A DNA stretch of 64,000 bases, taken from the NCBI GenBank assembly GCA_964016885.1, contig OZ024745.1:44020001-44084000 (forward strand), written 5' to 3'. Positions 42,749 to 55,000 of the stretch are shown in pieces. The notes beneath the pieces were generated by a model. It made no database searches, was not told where the DNA came from, and saw nothing but the letters and a program-made list of their open reading frames with translations. The number at the start of each line of letters is the position of its first letter. Position 1 is the stretch's first letter. The stretch is from Eledone cirrhosa (taxonomy: Eukaryota). The position numbers and the translations under genes are program-made.

Positions 42749-43490
42749 ATAATATAAACTGTATATTATTGATCAGGGATAACTTTCAAAAGTTAGGGAC
42801 AGTGGTTATTGAAGTCCTTATTTGGTAAAATAAAAAAAAACCTGTCTAGTTTGGTTGGTCGCTGATGGCTGGGTAAAAAGAATATTCTTGTAAGAGTTCA
42901 TAACAAATAAAACAAGTGACAATCGTTAAAATGAATCCCTTGTGAGTCAACAGTCACCAATGGCTGCTAGCGGGCCTGCAGAGCATTTTCACTTTTTATC
43001 CCATCTTTCCCATATATGGAAATGATCATTGCGTCGACAAAACAATGCAGTTTGTACCGCCATTGCTGTTGTTATTGCTTCTGATGTCAACTGGCTCTAC
43101 TGTTATCGTCTCCATTTTTACGACACTATTATTGTTGTGGTGGTGGTTGTTGCTATTGCTGCTGCTGTGGTTGTTGTTATTGTTGTTGCGGTGGTGGTGG
43201 TGGTGGTGGTGGTGGTGGTGGTGGTGGTGGTAGCGGCGGCGGCGGCGGCGGTGATTGTGACAACTGCGGCGGTGGGAGGGGGGGGGGGATAGTGATAGCG
43301 GTATTGGTGGAGGTGGTGGTGGCGGTGGCAGTGGCGGCGGCGGTGGTGATCGTGACAACTACGGTCATGGAGGGGGTGGGGGATTATGATAGTGGTATAG
43401 GTGGTGGTAGTAATGGTGGTAGTGGCGGCAGTAATCGTGACAACTGCAGCGACGGCGGGTGTGTTATATATATATAAATATATATAATAT

Positions 43491-43549
<59 letters not shown>

Positions 43550-43590
43550 ATATATATATATATAATATATATATATAATATATATATAAT

Positions 43591-43655
<65 letters not shown>

Positions 43656-43775
43656 ATATATATATATATAATATATATATATAATATATATATAATATAT
43701 ATATATAATATATATATATAATATATATATATAATATATATATATAATATATATATATAATATATATATATATAT

Positions 43776-44062
43776 CTCCAGCGGTCTCTGTCCCTCATTA
43801 TCGCTGCCATGTCCTGCGTCTCCAACAGACCAGTGTCTGTCCTTAGGGCATCAACATACGTTAACCTTGGTCTTCCTCTTCCAGTGTGTCCATGTAGGGG
43901 CTCCCACAGGAGCACTGAGTGCAATGTCAACTCTGGATGTCGGTGAGCATGTCCAGCTAACCTCAGTCTCCTCTGTGTCACTTTTAAGCTGACTATTGGG
44001 AGGCTCCCATACAGCTCTGAGTTTTTCATTCTTGGTGTATACTGATTAATGTTCAGAGCCAT
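43776..44062 (-). mobile_element. Fragment of the same RTE family as 31953-35260
   Basis: Translates MALNINQY..RLAGHAHRHPELTLHSVLLWEP..RDRDRWR. Embedded in (TA)n. Confidence 0.95.
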
Positions 44063-44386
44063 ATAATATATAATATATAGATAGATAGATAGATATAGAT
44101 ACACACACACACAGACACATATATATATACATATATACACACACACACATATATATTGAGTGAGTGTGAAAAACCAAAGGTCATTATTGAAAAAAATATT
44201 ATGTATTTTTTATTGGAGAAGGTAAGATATTTTTTCCGCAAAAATTTGATTGCACTGTTTTGTTTCCACTTATGTATTTTTTGAAAATGTTATTTATTCT
44301 TTATAAAAATTAAATGATAGCATTCTATATGTAGGTGGACCCCCTTTATCTCCTGGCAACCAATATTTTTAGACCTAGTCCGCCAC

Positions 44387-44456
<70 letters not shown>

Positions 44457-44659
44457 GCCAATCATTGTAAGTTTGAATCTAAATGACATGCAAAAACATA
44501 TATGTAGGAATAAGGTAAGCCCAAATCATAACAGATTCAAATATCACAGAGAGAGAGGGGGAGAAATGAGGTGGAACAGAAATGAAACATGGATTACAGG
44601 TTAAAATGTAGCCTAGATAGATGAGAAACAAAACGAGGATGTAGTTTATAGAACACCCA

Positions 44660-45106
44660 AATGATTTAGAAGTCGACTTTAAGTAGGAGCAATAACATTA
44701 AGAAAGATATGAATAATACCCCAACACTTTGTTTTGAAAATAGGTTTATAAGTATGAATTTTTATAAGATTTTCGTAGTTGTCTCTTTAGCCTAGCGGTA
44801 GGTGTTAGAGACGGTGGAGATCCTGACCTTGGGTTCAATCCTGGTCAAGAGGTACACGAAACCTTTTTCATTTTACAACCAATAGAAAAAAACTGAAATG
44901 GTTTACTGGGAACCCTACTCCCGACCAGGATCGAACTTCAGACCAGAGTCACCACCGCCTATGATTACTCCACCGAGACAGCTACTTAAGTATAATGAAA
45001 ATTGATAATTATAAACCTACTTTCAAAATCAAAGTTTAAAAGATGTGGTGTCGTTCATGGCATTCCTAGAGCTATTAGTAATACTTAGGGTCGACTTCTG
45101 GTCATT
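44660..45106. other. Diverged inverted duplication containing two convergent tRNA-like Pol III units
   Basis: Plus unit 44775-44868 has A box TAGCCTAGCGG, B box GGTTCAATCC and TTTTT. Minus unit 44886-44985 has GTTCGATCCTGGTC and a T-run. Upstream flanks are also inverted-homologous out to GAAGTCGAC/GTCGACTTC. Confidence 0.6.
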
Positions 45107-45206
45107 ATTGAAAGTCTCTGGATTTCTCAAAATACATTTTTTTTTTGGAGAAGGTAAGATATTTTCCCGCAAAAATTTGATTGCACTGTTTTGTTTTCAC
45201 TTATGT

Positions 45207-45540
45207 ATTTGCATATCAGCAGACTGCTGATATGCAAATCTGGCTGATCAATGGATCTGCTAATATGCAGATCTGACTGATCAACCAGTCTGCTAATATG
45301 CAAATCAGGCCGATCGGTCACTGTATATTTTAGAAAATAGCATATATTTTCACTAGCTCTGACAGTTGGCAGGTGAACAGTGAGCTGTACTGATGAAGGG
45401 TGATACCCAGAAACATTAGTGTCTGCAGCTCTGTGAGCAAGAATGAAGGGTTCATTCTACTGACATGGGTTTAAAAATGAGGCTTGTTTGCATAATTGCA
45501 AATGAATCGAATGTTATTATTAATATTCGAAAAACTCAGA
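45207..45540 (+). mobile_element. Octamer-type hammerhead mini-element (family O1)
   Basis: 16-bp fold-back at 45207-45239, three 33-bp units carrying ATGCARAT, then AGAAAATAGCATATATTTTCA, a hammerhead, TGTTTGCATA and (TA)n. Confidence 0.75.
45382..45431 (+). ncRNA. Type I hammerhead ribozyme
   Basis: GAGCTGTA-CTGATGA-agggt(gat)accca-GAAA-ca(ttag)t-GTC-TGCAGCTC. 8-bp stem I, canonical GUC site. Confidence 0.88.
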
Positions 45541-45701
45541 TTATATATATACCAACCCTACTACCATCTACAAACTGACCAATGAGAATCAAAACTATTC
45601 CTGCTGACAACATTAATTTATTCCTAACAAGCTCATATGTCCCAAGGCTCTGATACCATCAACACTATAAACACAGAGCTGGCATATCTAAGAACTGACT
45701 A

Positions 45702-45757
45702 ACTGCCTGATGAGGTCATAGCCATTCAATGGCTATCATCGAAATATATATAACAGT
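45702..45757 (+). ncRNA. Type I hammerhead ribozyme in a separate (TA)n-flanked island (45551-45803)
   Basis: actgc-CTGATGA-ggtcatagcca(ttcaa)tggctatcatc-GAAA-tatat-ATA-acagt. Confidence 0.75.
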
Positions 45758-46015
45758 AAATAAAGGATTATGAGTTCATGCAATTGACTTATGTTTCGTC
45801 ACTATATATATATATATATATATATGAAAAACAAGGGAAGAAGAATACTGCATGGTTGCACATGGATTACATATTATAAAATTAGTCCCTCATCAGTGAT
45901 TTGCCAACCATCATTGGTATTTCATCGCATTAAGAATCAGATACCTCAGGTTGGTGCGAGCAATAACTAAAATAAGCTATTGGGACAAGTGAAACGCGTA
46001 AAGCGAGTGAGACAA

Positions 46016-46050
<35 letters not shown>

Positions 46051-46081
46051 TTTAGCTGTTTTAACGGCTGTTCTAGCGATG

Positions 46082-46156
<75 letters not shown>

Positions 46157-47312
46157 TCAACTCGTCGCGCTAGAACAGCCGTTAAAACAGATCAACTCGT
46201 CGCGCTAGAACAGCCGTTAAAACAGCTAAATGCTGTCAAAGACAGCGATGGGCAAAAATGCCTTAGAGGATAAAGACCAGCAGCCAGTTGTCAACAAAGA
46301 GACAATCCACATGATGGGTGACAGACAGATGAAATATAGAAAAGATTGAAAGAGGAGGTGGATAAGGAGAAGTGTGTTGATGCATAGAAGTGACTGGAAA
46401 AGGAAAACAAAGAAAGGTGATGTCCAAGACAAGTTTACACACACATATATCTTCACCTTCATCAGCTCTCAAACCAGCAAAATGGTTTCGCAGTCTCGGC
46501 TGATTTAAGCTCTTCCAAAAAATGCAGTGAGTGAGGTCTTTGTCAACACGGTGGAAGCAACAGATATGTTTCGATTTTATTAGATCTCATCAACGAAGCA
46601 TATCTACGTTGTATATTGGTCTGATAAGAATGATGTAATAAAGATATAAATAGAAAAGAGAAATATGTTGTTACACATTGTGTCATGCAGAACCTCCCTG
46701 AGATGTATGTTAAGGGTACACGTATCTGTGGAATGCTTGGCCACTTACACGGTTATTTCATGAGCAGGCTGTTCCGTTGATCGAACAATTGGAACTCTGA
46801 TCGACGAAACCGACTGAGGTCCATTCTAAATGTATAAATGTATAAACAAAACTTATTAGAACTTCCACCCCTATCTACTCCTTTTCTTCATCCCTGTTCC
46901 TGCTGCTGGTTAAAGATAAATAACATTTACTTTGCCGTATACTCTTTGTTGAATGAGTCATAGTGTTTTTGGCTGGCAATAAAAGTTAGCTTCCTTACTA
47001 GTACTAAAAACCTTTCCACTAAAATCTGTGCCGTGTAAAAGCTGACTGTTTGATGACCAGATTTTAAGTAGTGCATGCGATGGTGGCGGCGATGGTTGTC
47101 GTTATTGTTGCCGATGTGGTAGTTTGTTTTGGTGACTGACACTATATTTTTGTGAAATGTGATGACGGTGGAGGCAACAGTAGCGTTGGTAGCGGCATTG
47201 GTGTTGTGGTGGTAGGGTCGTCGTCGGTGATGACGGTGGTAGTGGTTTTGTTCTAGGTCAGTCCTTACTGAGCAGACTTTTGATCAAAGACGTTGCAGTC
47301 TCGACCATCCGG

Positions 47313-47437
<125 letters not shown>

Positions 47438-47760
47438 ACACTACTTGTTCAATATGTCCTGTCGGTTTTCAAAAGATTGTAGGCTCGAATTTGAGGAAAC
47501 CCAGCTGCTATATTTAGCAGGTCAGTGACTATGTAGTGGTTCACTCGATTGTAATAGTTAATGATGTTAATCATAAACTTCCTATCATTTCATTATGTCT
47601 TCTAGCCAACGAGAGAGCCTTTTGTGTGGTCGATCAAACTGCTAAAAACAAAAGCCAAATTTTCCAAAAATCCCACCCTGCTGTCTTTAAAAAGAGAGGT
47701 AGATTGATCAATGTAGTCGTCATAGTTATTACAAAATTAAACTGGAATTAAACAATAACT

Positions 47761-47851
<91 letters not shown>

Positions 47852-47855
<4 letters not shown>

Positions 47856-48229
47856 GATATTAATAAATGGAAACTATATTTATAAAACCATATTTATTTC
47901 ATTATACATATTTCAGAGATAACACATTAAATTATGACTTATTAAAACAATGTAAACAAATCACTATCCAGACAGCCTCCAATGGTTGTATTTTAAAAGG
48001 GTACGTCAAAGCTATTTGTAAAACTGTTATATATTGTATTTTGTCTGATGAAGGCATACCATAATTTAATGTGTTATCCCAGAAATATGTATAATGAAAT
48101 AAATATGGTTTTATAAATATAGTTTTCATTTATTAATATCGTATATCTACTCCAAAAACTTGTCGAGTGCTTTATATCAGTTATAAAAATATTTACTTGT
48201 TGTATCCCAACAACTTTAAATAGAACTTT

Positions 48230-48232
<3 letters not shown>
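47852..48232. mobile_element. Fold-back hammerhead mini-element family H1
   Basis: Inverted arms ~47852-47936 and 48060-48146, tail to 48232, (TA)n flanks. Homologous to 27414-27678. Confidence 0.85.
48037..48101 (+). ncRNA. Type I hammerhead ribozyme
   Basis: TATTTTGT-CTGATGA-(weakly paired stem II)-GAAA-tatgt-ATA-ATGAAATA. 8-bp stem I with two G:U pairs. Confidence 0.7.
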
Positions 48233-48316
<84 letters not shown>

Positions 48317-48317
48317 T

Positions 48318-48477
48318 CTACATGGACACACTAGAAGAGGAAGACCAAGGTTAACGTATGTTGATGCCCTAAGGACAGACACTGGTCTGTTGGAGACGCA
48401 GGACATTGCAGCGATAATGAGGGACAGAGACCGCTGGAGAGAACTCGTCCATGGATCTCGGGAATTTTACCCTCCTT

Positions 48478-48479
<2 letters not shown>
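48318..48479 (+). mobile_element. Extreme 3' fragment of the RTE family
   Basis: LHGHTRRGRPRLTYVDALRTDTGLLE..LVHGSREFYPP*, ending in TAG then (TA)n. Confidence 0.95.
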
Positions 48480-48525
<46 letters not shown>

Positions 48526-48530
<5 letters not shown>

Positions 48531-48711
48531 AAAGAGTAGGACCTCGACGGCTGAGCTCAAGCCGTTTCGATGGCTAATTCTGGACTAGTCGAAACGGCTT
48601 GAGCTCAGCCGTCGGGGTCCTACTCGTTCCTATTACCCACTCTACTACCCTAAGTAGTGTGTACTCTGGTGCGTTATGGTCCATCTGGTTCCTTACCACA
48701 TTTCCTTCGTT
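48526..48711. mobile_element. Fold-back mini-element family H4
   Basis: Arms 48526-48570 and 48589-48633 with GAAACGGCTTGAGCTCAGCCGTC. The tail is homologous to 30808-30888 in the opposite orientation. Confidence 0.85.
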
Positions 48712-48879
48712 ATATATATATATATATATATATATTAAAGTCTTAAACAATATTCAATGATTATGTCAAAGAATGAGTTTTACAGTAGATTGGAAGCACT
48801 CAACGCTAAAATAATTTTCTGGAGTTATTAATATTAAAATATAAGTATTAATAAAATAGATGTTCTTTTGATAAATTAC

Positions 48880-48932
48880 ATTTTATTATACATATTTCGG
48901 ATGTACAACAGTACGTCCTCATCAGACAAAAT
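48880..48932 (-). ncRNA. Type I hammerhead ribozyme (family H3, element ~48735-48990)
   Basis: ATTTTGT-CTGATGA-ggacgtac(tgtt)gtacatcc-GAAA-tatgt-ATA-ATAAAAT. Confidence 0.88.
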
Positions 48933-49685
48933 ATAATGATACATGACATACCCTGAGATGTTAAATGATTAAGATTTAATCAAGGTAGTGATTAACCCGA
49001 GAGAAAATTTTACTTATATCCTATTTATGAGAAAATGCGAAAACGTAATAAATTCATTAGAGAAAGTATGAGTAAGAAAATTGTTGCTTAATGTAACTGT
49101 TCTAGAGATTTTAAAATGTATGATACTACGATATATCTAGGAAAACATCTCATGAATCATAACAGCCAGTGATAGCCACTGGAAAGGGATTTATAAAGAG
49201 GGGAAAATAAAGTGTGGGGGGGGGGGGTCGAAAGTTAAACGGTTAAATTTGAAAATATTTAATTTATAATATTAGGGTGAAGACTCCAGATTTCAGGATT
49301 ATTTGCTGGTTATTTATATATTATTTATATAAATTCGATAAGTGTGTTATCATTTCTAAACTTCTGAATTGTGAGAGTAACAATTAAAGGATTTAGCTGG
49401 CACATAAAGAATGAAATATTATACTGTTGATTATTTACCTAAATTCAAACTTTAACAAATTACCAACATATTAGGTATGTAAAGCTTTTGAAGTACTTAT
49501 TGTTATAAATATTTAAATAACTATTATGTATATAGGTATATATTAATGAGCCAGTATGTTTAAGGTAAATAATAACGACGAAGATAAAAATAAAATAAGA
49601 TAATATATTGAAGGATGTTAAGGATAAATATATACCTATGTATAACTGGGTGTAAATTATTCTTCAACATATTATTAGATACAGG

Positions 49686-49747
<62 letters not shown>

Positions 49748-50584
49748 GTATTATTAGTGTAGTATACTTTAGGTGAATGATAACAGTTATAATTTTATCA
49801 ACGTATCACATTTAAATACATATATATATATATATATAGGAAAAACAACAATGAGTGCATGGATAATACAGAGTTCAAAATAATGTTTATAATAATTTTT
49901 AGTTTGGATATTTTCTATATATTTGAATCATATATATAGAAATGTGGTAGGTATATTTAAGAATATTTAAAAATATATAAAATATAATATATAACTACAT
50001 ACATATTATAATACATTATATTAGAAATAAATAAGAGATCGAAAGCAAAAAATTCACATTTATATATAAGTTTGAATCCGTCTCAAATTTTAGATTTTAT
50101 AGTGCAGTAAATATATTTAAAAGAAATATATGCTATATTATACTATAAATAATAGATCAGAAACTCATTAAAAATTTAGAGTTATAGATAAGTTTCATAA
50201 AAATTTATGGATTGGGTATTAAACTAAAATTTAAAAGAGATCACAAATGTATTAAAAATTCACAGTTAAATAAATTCCGTAAATATGTAAGGATTAGGTA
50301 TTGTACTAAATTATAATCATAGATAGGAAGATAGATAGAGAAATAAGGAAATAAAGAAATGATGGTATTGATTAAAGTTAACAAATAATGTTGTGTGTAT
50401 CAATGTTTAGGCATGTTAATTGAAATATTGTCATTCATTCTAGCGTTGTTTCTTCTATAGATAGTTATAAAATAAAGCAATATTAAAGGCCATTAATGTT
50501 TTTTACTGTTGATTATATATTCCTGGTAACCGAGTTGTTATTGGTTTGGTGTAATTGTTTCTTTCTTTCTCGTTTTATGTGAGG

Positions 50585-50965
50585 TTAAAAAGGTGGACGT
50601 AGCTTTATGAAGGCAACTAGAGAATAATTCATTTTTTTTGTTAATTAGGGTCTCATAATTATTAATAATCAACATGGTCTCCATTGTACAGAGCGTATAT
50701 TTGATATACTAGAGTTGCGGTAAATTTCACAGTTCCGAAGTTTTGTCCAAAGAATGGAGTATTTTAAATTCTTCTCTTTTAAAGACCATATGAGCTGTGA
50801 TAAAGACGTGGATGATTTCCTCTTAGAGTTCGAGAATGAGCATTTATGGTTCGCAAAACGAGCCTTGAATGTGGACGAGGTTGATCCAATGTAATTGTAT
50901 GTTTTTTTATCAGTTTTTACGGTGCATTTATAAACCAAATTACTATCTAAACAATTATTATCTAA

Positions 50966-50970
<5 letters not shown>
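50585..50970 (-). pseudogene. Penelope-like element GIY-YIG endonuclease, 5'-truncated and frameshifted
   Basis: LDNNCLDSNLVYKCTV..YIGST..FKARFANHKCSF..STSLSQLIWSLK..ILW. After a frameshift near 50695 it continues LCTMETMLI..LINKKNELFSSCLHK, fitting the PLE endonuclease pattern C--E..LN---E....C-H. Confidence 0.85.
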
Positions 50971-51007
<37 letters not shown>

Positions 51008-51013
<6 letters not shown>

Positions 51014-51410
51014 CGATCAAAAGATGGTTAAAAGAGTTCCATGTATTTCATTATGCGCATTTCAAAAACAAATATCATCATGAGATGACATTTGCGTTTT
51101 CGTCAGATAAAATAGGGAGACATGATATGAAGGTTAAAAAACACTTGTGAATAGTGCAGTTTTGAATCAACTGCACTATTCACAAGTGTTTTTTAACCTT
51201 CATATCATGTCTCCCTATTTTATCTGACGAAAACACAAATGTCATCTCATGATGATATTTGTTTTTGAAATGCACATAATAAAATACATGGAACTCTTTT
51301 AACCATCTTTTGATCTTATATTATTTATACTCCAGTCCCACAAACTGTTGAGTGCTACTTATCCGATATCTGCATTGTTTTATTGTACTACAATAAAACT
51401 CTCCTCCTAC

Positions 51411-51412
<2 letters not shown>
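51008..51412. mobile_element. Fold-back hammerhead mini-element family H6
   Basis: ~154-bp arms 51008-51161 and 51169-51322, tail 51323-51412, (TA)n flanks. Confidence 0.9.
51216..51286 (+). ncRNA. Type I hammerhead ribozyme (mirror copy on minus strand at 51044-51114)
   Basis: TATTTTAT-CTGACGA-aaacacaaatgtcatc(tcat)gatgatatttgttttt-GAAA-tgcac-ATA-ATAAAATA. The minus copy has palindromic stem III ATGCGCAT. Confidence 0.88.
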
Positions 51413-51501
<89 letters not shown>

Positions 51502-52859
51502 CCCTAACCAGTTTCCTGGGTGGACACTCTAATTCGCAATAATTCTCAGGCGAAGTTTTGAATACCATCTAGCCCCCTTCACTAGTTCTTGCTCCTTACC
51601 TTTAAGAGTTGTAACCTTCCAAATTTTACGGGCAAAATCAATCGGCAGTTTGGTTCTTTAAATTTTGAGTTCAAATTCCATTGAAGTCAACTTTGTTGTT
51701 CATCTATCAGGGTTGATAGAATATAGTAACAGTCAAGTACTGGGGTCTATTCAATCGACTTTTCCCTTTCAATAAAATTGCTGCCCTTGTACCTAAATTA
51801 AAAACAATTATTATTTGAGACAAGTCTAGAACATATGTCTAGTCGGAAGTCTATCAGTGTTTAAATATGTCTTTTTACGTTCTATGTTCTAGCCTTGCGA
51901 GAGTAGACTTTGCTTGTCGCTCTCTCGAGATCGGCAAAATAACTACCAGTAAGGGCGAGGGATCTCTACACCAGATCTAATGAATCTCTACTCCAGATAA
52001 AAAGAACCTCTACACCAGATGTAAAGAACTTCTACACCAGACGTAGAGAATCTCTACCCCAGATTTTGAGAATCTCTACACGACAGGTAGAAAACCCCTA
52101 CACTAGATGTAGGGAACCTCTAAACTAGAGGTTCCCCCTGTGTGATAACAACAATAACAGCCGCAGCTACTTCTACTGATGTTGTTGTTGTTTATGATGT
52201 CTTATCTCCAACATGAGTAACGCATTATGCATTTTTCTCAAAGTTTAGATTTTGTTTCAATGACATGAGGTCACTATGAAGTCCTATTCTCACTTTGAAG
52301 TCACACAGGCCCACTTTGAAATCCTTGATCTCACTTTGAAATTATATACCCTCACTTAGAATTACAAATACTGTACTATTGATTCCTTACATTGGCACTG
52401 AATGACACAATTTACAGGGAAGAAGTATAATCGATCGAATTGACTCTCAACCGGCAATACATTTATCTCATGCCCTAGTTATTTTATCGATCCCCAATTG
52501 AGGACAGCATAATTGATTCCGTCGGTCTTTGAACGTTAAATATATGTTGGCGTAACTAAATATTGATACTTCCATTTCTGCCGCTCAAGCATTAATAATT
52601 TATATGGGAAATTTATTGTTGAACAGATGTATACAATAATGAAAGTATTTTTTAAAAAGGATTAAAATAATAAAGAGGAAGAAAGAACAAAAAGAAAAAT
52701 AGTTCGGGTGGGAGGAGAAAAATGAAATAATAACGGAGCCCCAGCATGGTCTCAGCCTCTCAGCTGGAACACATATTAGAGTAATAGAGAATGAAAGAGG
52801 AGAAGGGGGAGAGGAAAGGAGGGAGCAGCAAACTTTACGTCTTTGGCTGGGTGGTATAT

Positions 52860-53640
52860 ATCAGTTGCACCTTGTGGACAAGATGGCGAAGTCATTGCTG
52901 CGGAGAACAGCCAGCGACACCCACTGCATCAATCATACCATTTCACAGTGTCCTTCCTCAGGCGAGGTACACATCGGCTGTCTCAACGACTAGCACAAAA
53001 AGGAAGTAGTCAGTAAAATCCCAGTATTTGGTTATCTCCTGCTCCTCTGCGTTACGGGTGGCAATACTCAGGTTTGTAAAAGAAACAAATTAACAAAATA
53101 AAGTCAGAAGGAAGAGAAAGGAAAGAAAGAAAGAAAGGAGGAAGGAAAGAAAGGAAAACGCGAGGAGCCGTGCTCATTTAATTGCACTCTACAGCAGGGA
53201 ATGCTGGAGTTTCCCTCTAAAAATATTTGCAGCATTGCCGTAGATGATAGGCTAATGTGCTGGAATAGCCAAGTACATTTACAAGCATGCCCTGATACTT
53301 CTGTAATTCGAGCCGTCAACAATGACAAAAATTTCTTTGTTAGCAACCCGGTCCCCACCACTACCACCCGAACGTCTCAAATGCCACAACCTGGAAAAGA
53401 TACTTTACCGATAAATCACAAAATTTCAGCATTTTTTTCTGTTCGTCTACAGATGCGGTGACCTTCATCCACATCGCTACATATACGATGTGAGAAGGGG
53501 CGAAAACGTCGCTGACAGTGAAGTCCATAAAAGGTATCTACCTCATGCCCTAAGGGCAAAGAGTAAGACGACCATCGGACCTCTATTCTTCCCCCACTCC
53601 CATGTTATTCTGGTCACCCCGGCTTGGCTCCAGAATTCTT
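52860..53640 (-). mobile_element. Two degenerate restriction-like-endonuclease (CRE-like) retrotransposon 3' fragments
   Basis: Frameshifted RSDG-LTLCP..GRYLL..DFTVSDVFAP, FQVVAFETFG and WLFQHISL..GNAANI (53205-53640). AEEQEITKY..FLFVLVVETADV..GNDFAIL (52860-53075). Confidence 0.65.
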
Positions 53641-54205
53641 TCTAACTTTGGCAGAAATTTATTAGGAAATGGGTGCAGTTGATTATTGGCTACTGCTGTT
53701 GCTGCTGTTACAATTGCTGTTGTTGTTGCTGCTGTTGTTGCTACTGTTGCTGCTAGTATTGTTGTTGTTGCTGCTGTTGCTACTGTTGTTGATGCTGTTG
53801 CTGATTTGTTGTTTCTGCTGCTGTTGTTTTTGCTCTTGCTGATTTGTTGTTGTTGCTGCTGCTGTTGTTGTTTCTGTTGTTCCTGTTGATGTTGTTGTTG
53901 CTGTTGTTCCTGTTGCTGTTGCTGCTGCTGTTGTTGTTGCTGTTGTTCCTGTTGCTGCTGCTGCTGCTATTGTTGTTCATTATTTTACCTCTCATTATTT
54001 GGTAAAAACTTATAATTAAGCAGAGAAGTTCACATTGTCGACATTACAAACTATATTACCATGTTATTTTATCCTCTCTGTTGGTCTCTCAAAATATCGT
54101 AGTCAAATATTTTGTGTTAATCTCATTTAGAAGTCGTAAAGTCTCGTTTAGAAATCCTTAATCTCACTTTGATCTGGTATCTCCTCGCTTAGAATTACAA
54201 ATACT

Positions 54206-54259
<54 letters not shown>

Positions 54260-54549
54260 ATTTGTAAGCCTAAATATAAACACAGTTCGTATAAACAAGC
54301 TATAATATAAACAGGTAGGTGTTGATGTATTGAATGCCGTACGTAAAAATTCTCAATGAATTGAAAATAAACATTCGTTTGTATGGCAAGCATATATACA
54401 GATACGTGTAAATACATATGTACATGCACACACACAGAAGTACATACACACACATACATACTTACGTACAGACAACTATATATAAGTAAAATCATCCATA
54501 TATACATACGTACATACAACCATCTATACATGTGTGTGTACACACACAC

Positions 54550-54945
54550 AGTGCATGATGGGAAGGATAATTTGAAAGAAACCGTGTTGATCATGAACAG
54601 CGGTGTTCTCGTAAGGCCCTTGAGTCTGGTTTGTATAAGTATCTTGGATGGAGGTTGATTTAACCTGTAAAGAATGTGGCCGGTTATGTCTAAGTAGGCC
54701 TTGGAAATCATCGGAGAAGCCACATACACGGGAACACTGTCAACTGTGCATTGTATATCATTTCTGTTTGTGGAGAGAGTGGAAAAGAGTGTGCCTCAGT
54801 TGGTGGACTGAAACGTCATTTGAAAGTGTACCAAAACAGGACTCTAACACCTACTGCGAGAGGCCTCCATTGTTGCAACGTCAGTGCAAGGGTGTGAGTC
54901 AACTAGCAGAACTAAAAAGCCACGTCTGTGCTGCTCATGCTTAGG
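54550..54945 (+). mobile_element. Degenerate LINE 3' end with C2H2-like zinc-finger remnants (RTE/BovB-like)
   Basis: TCKECGRLCLSRP.. and further GLKRH/LKSH motifs spread across frames. Confidence 0.45.
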
Positions 54946-55000
54946 TGTCAGGCGACAGCATTATTCGAAATCGTGTTGCAGCCATCATATAACATTATAC

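Noticed and set aside
44775-44868. Bona fide tRNA gene
   Set aside because: No canonical anticodon arm and an atypical T arm. Kept only as tRNA-like.
45826-46600. Possible further hammerheads at ~45860-45900 (-) and ~46555-46600 (-)
   Set aside because: The first lacks GAAA. The second has an uncompensated U3 and no stem I. Both may be decayed relics but cannot be supported.
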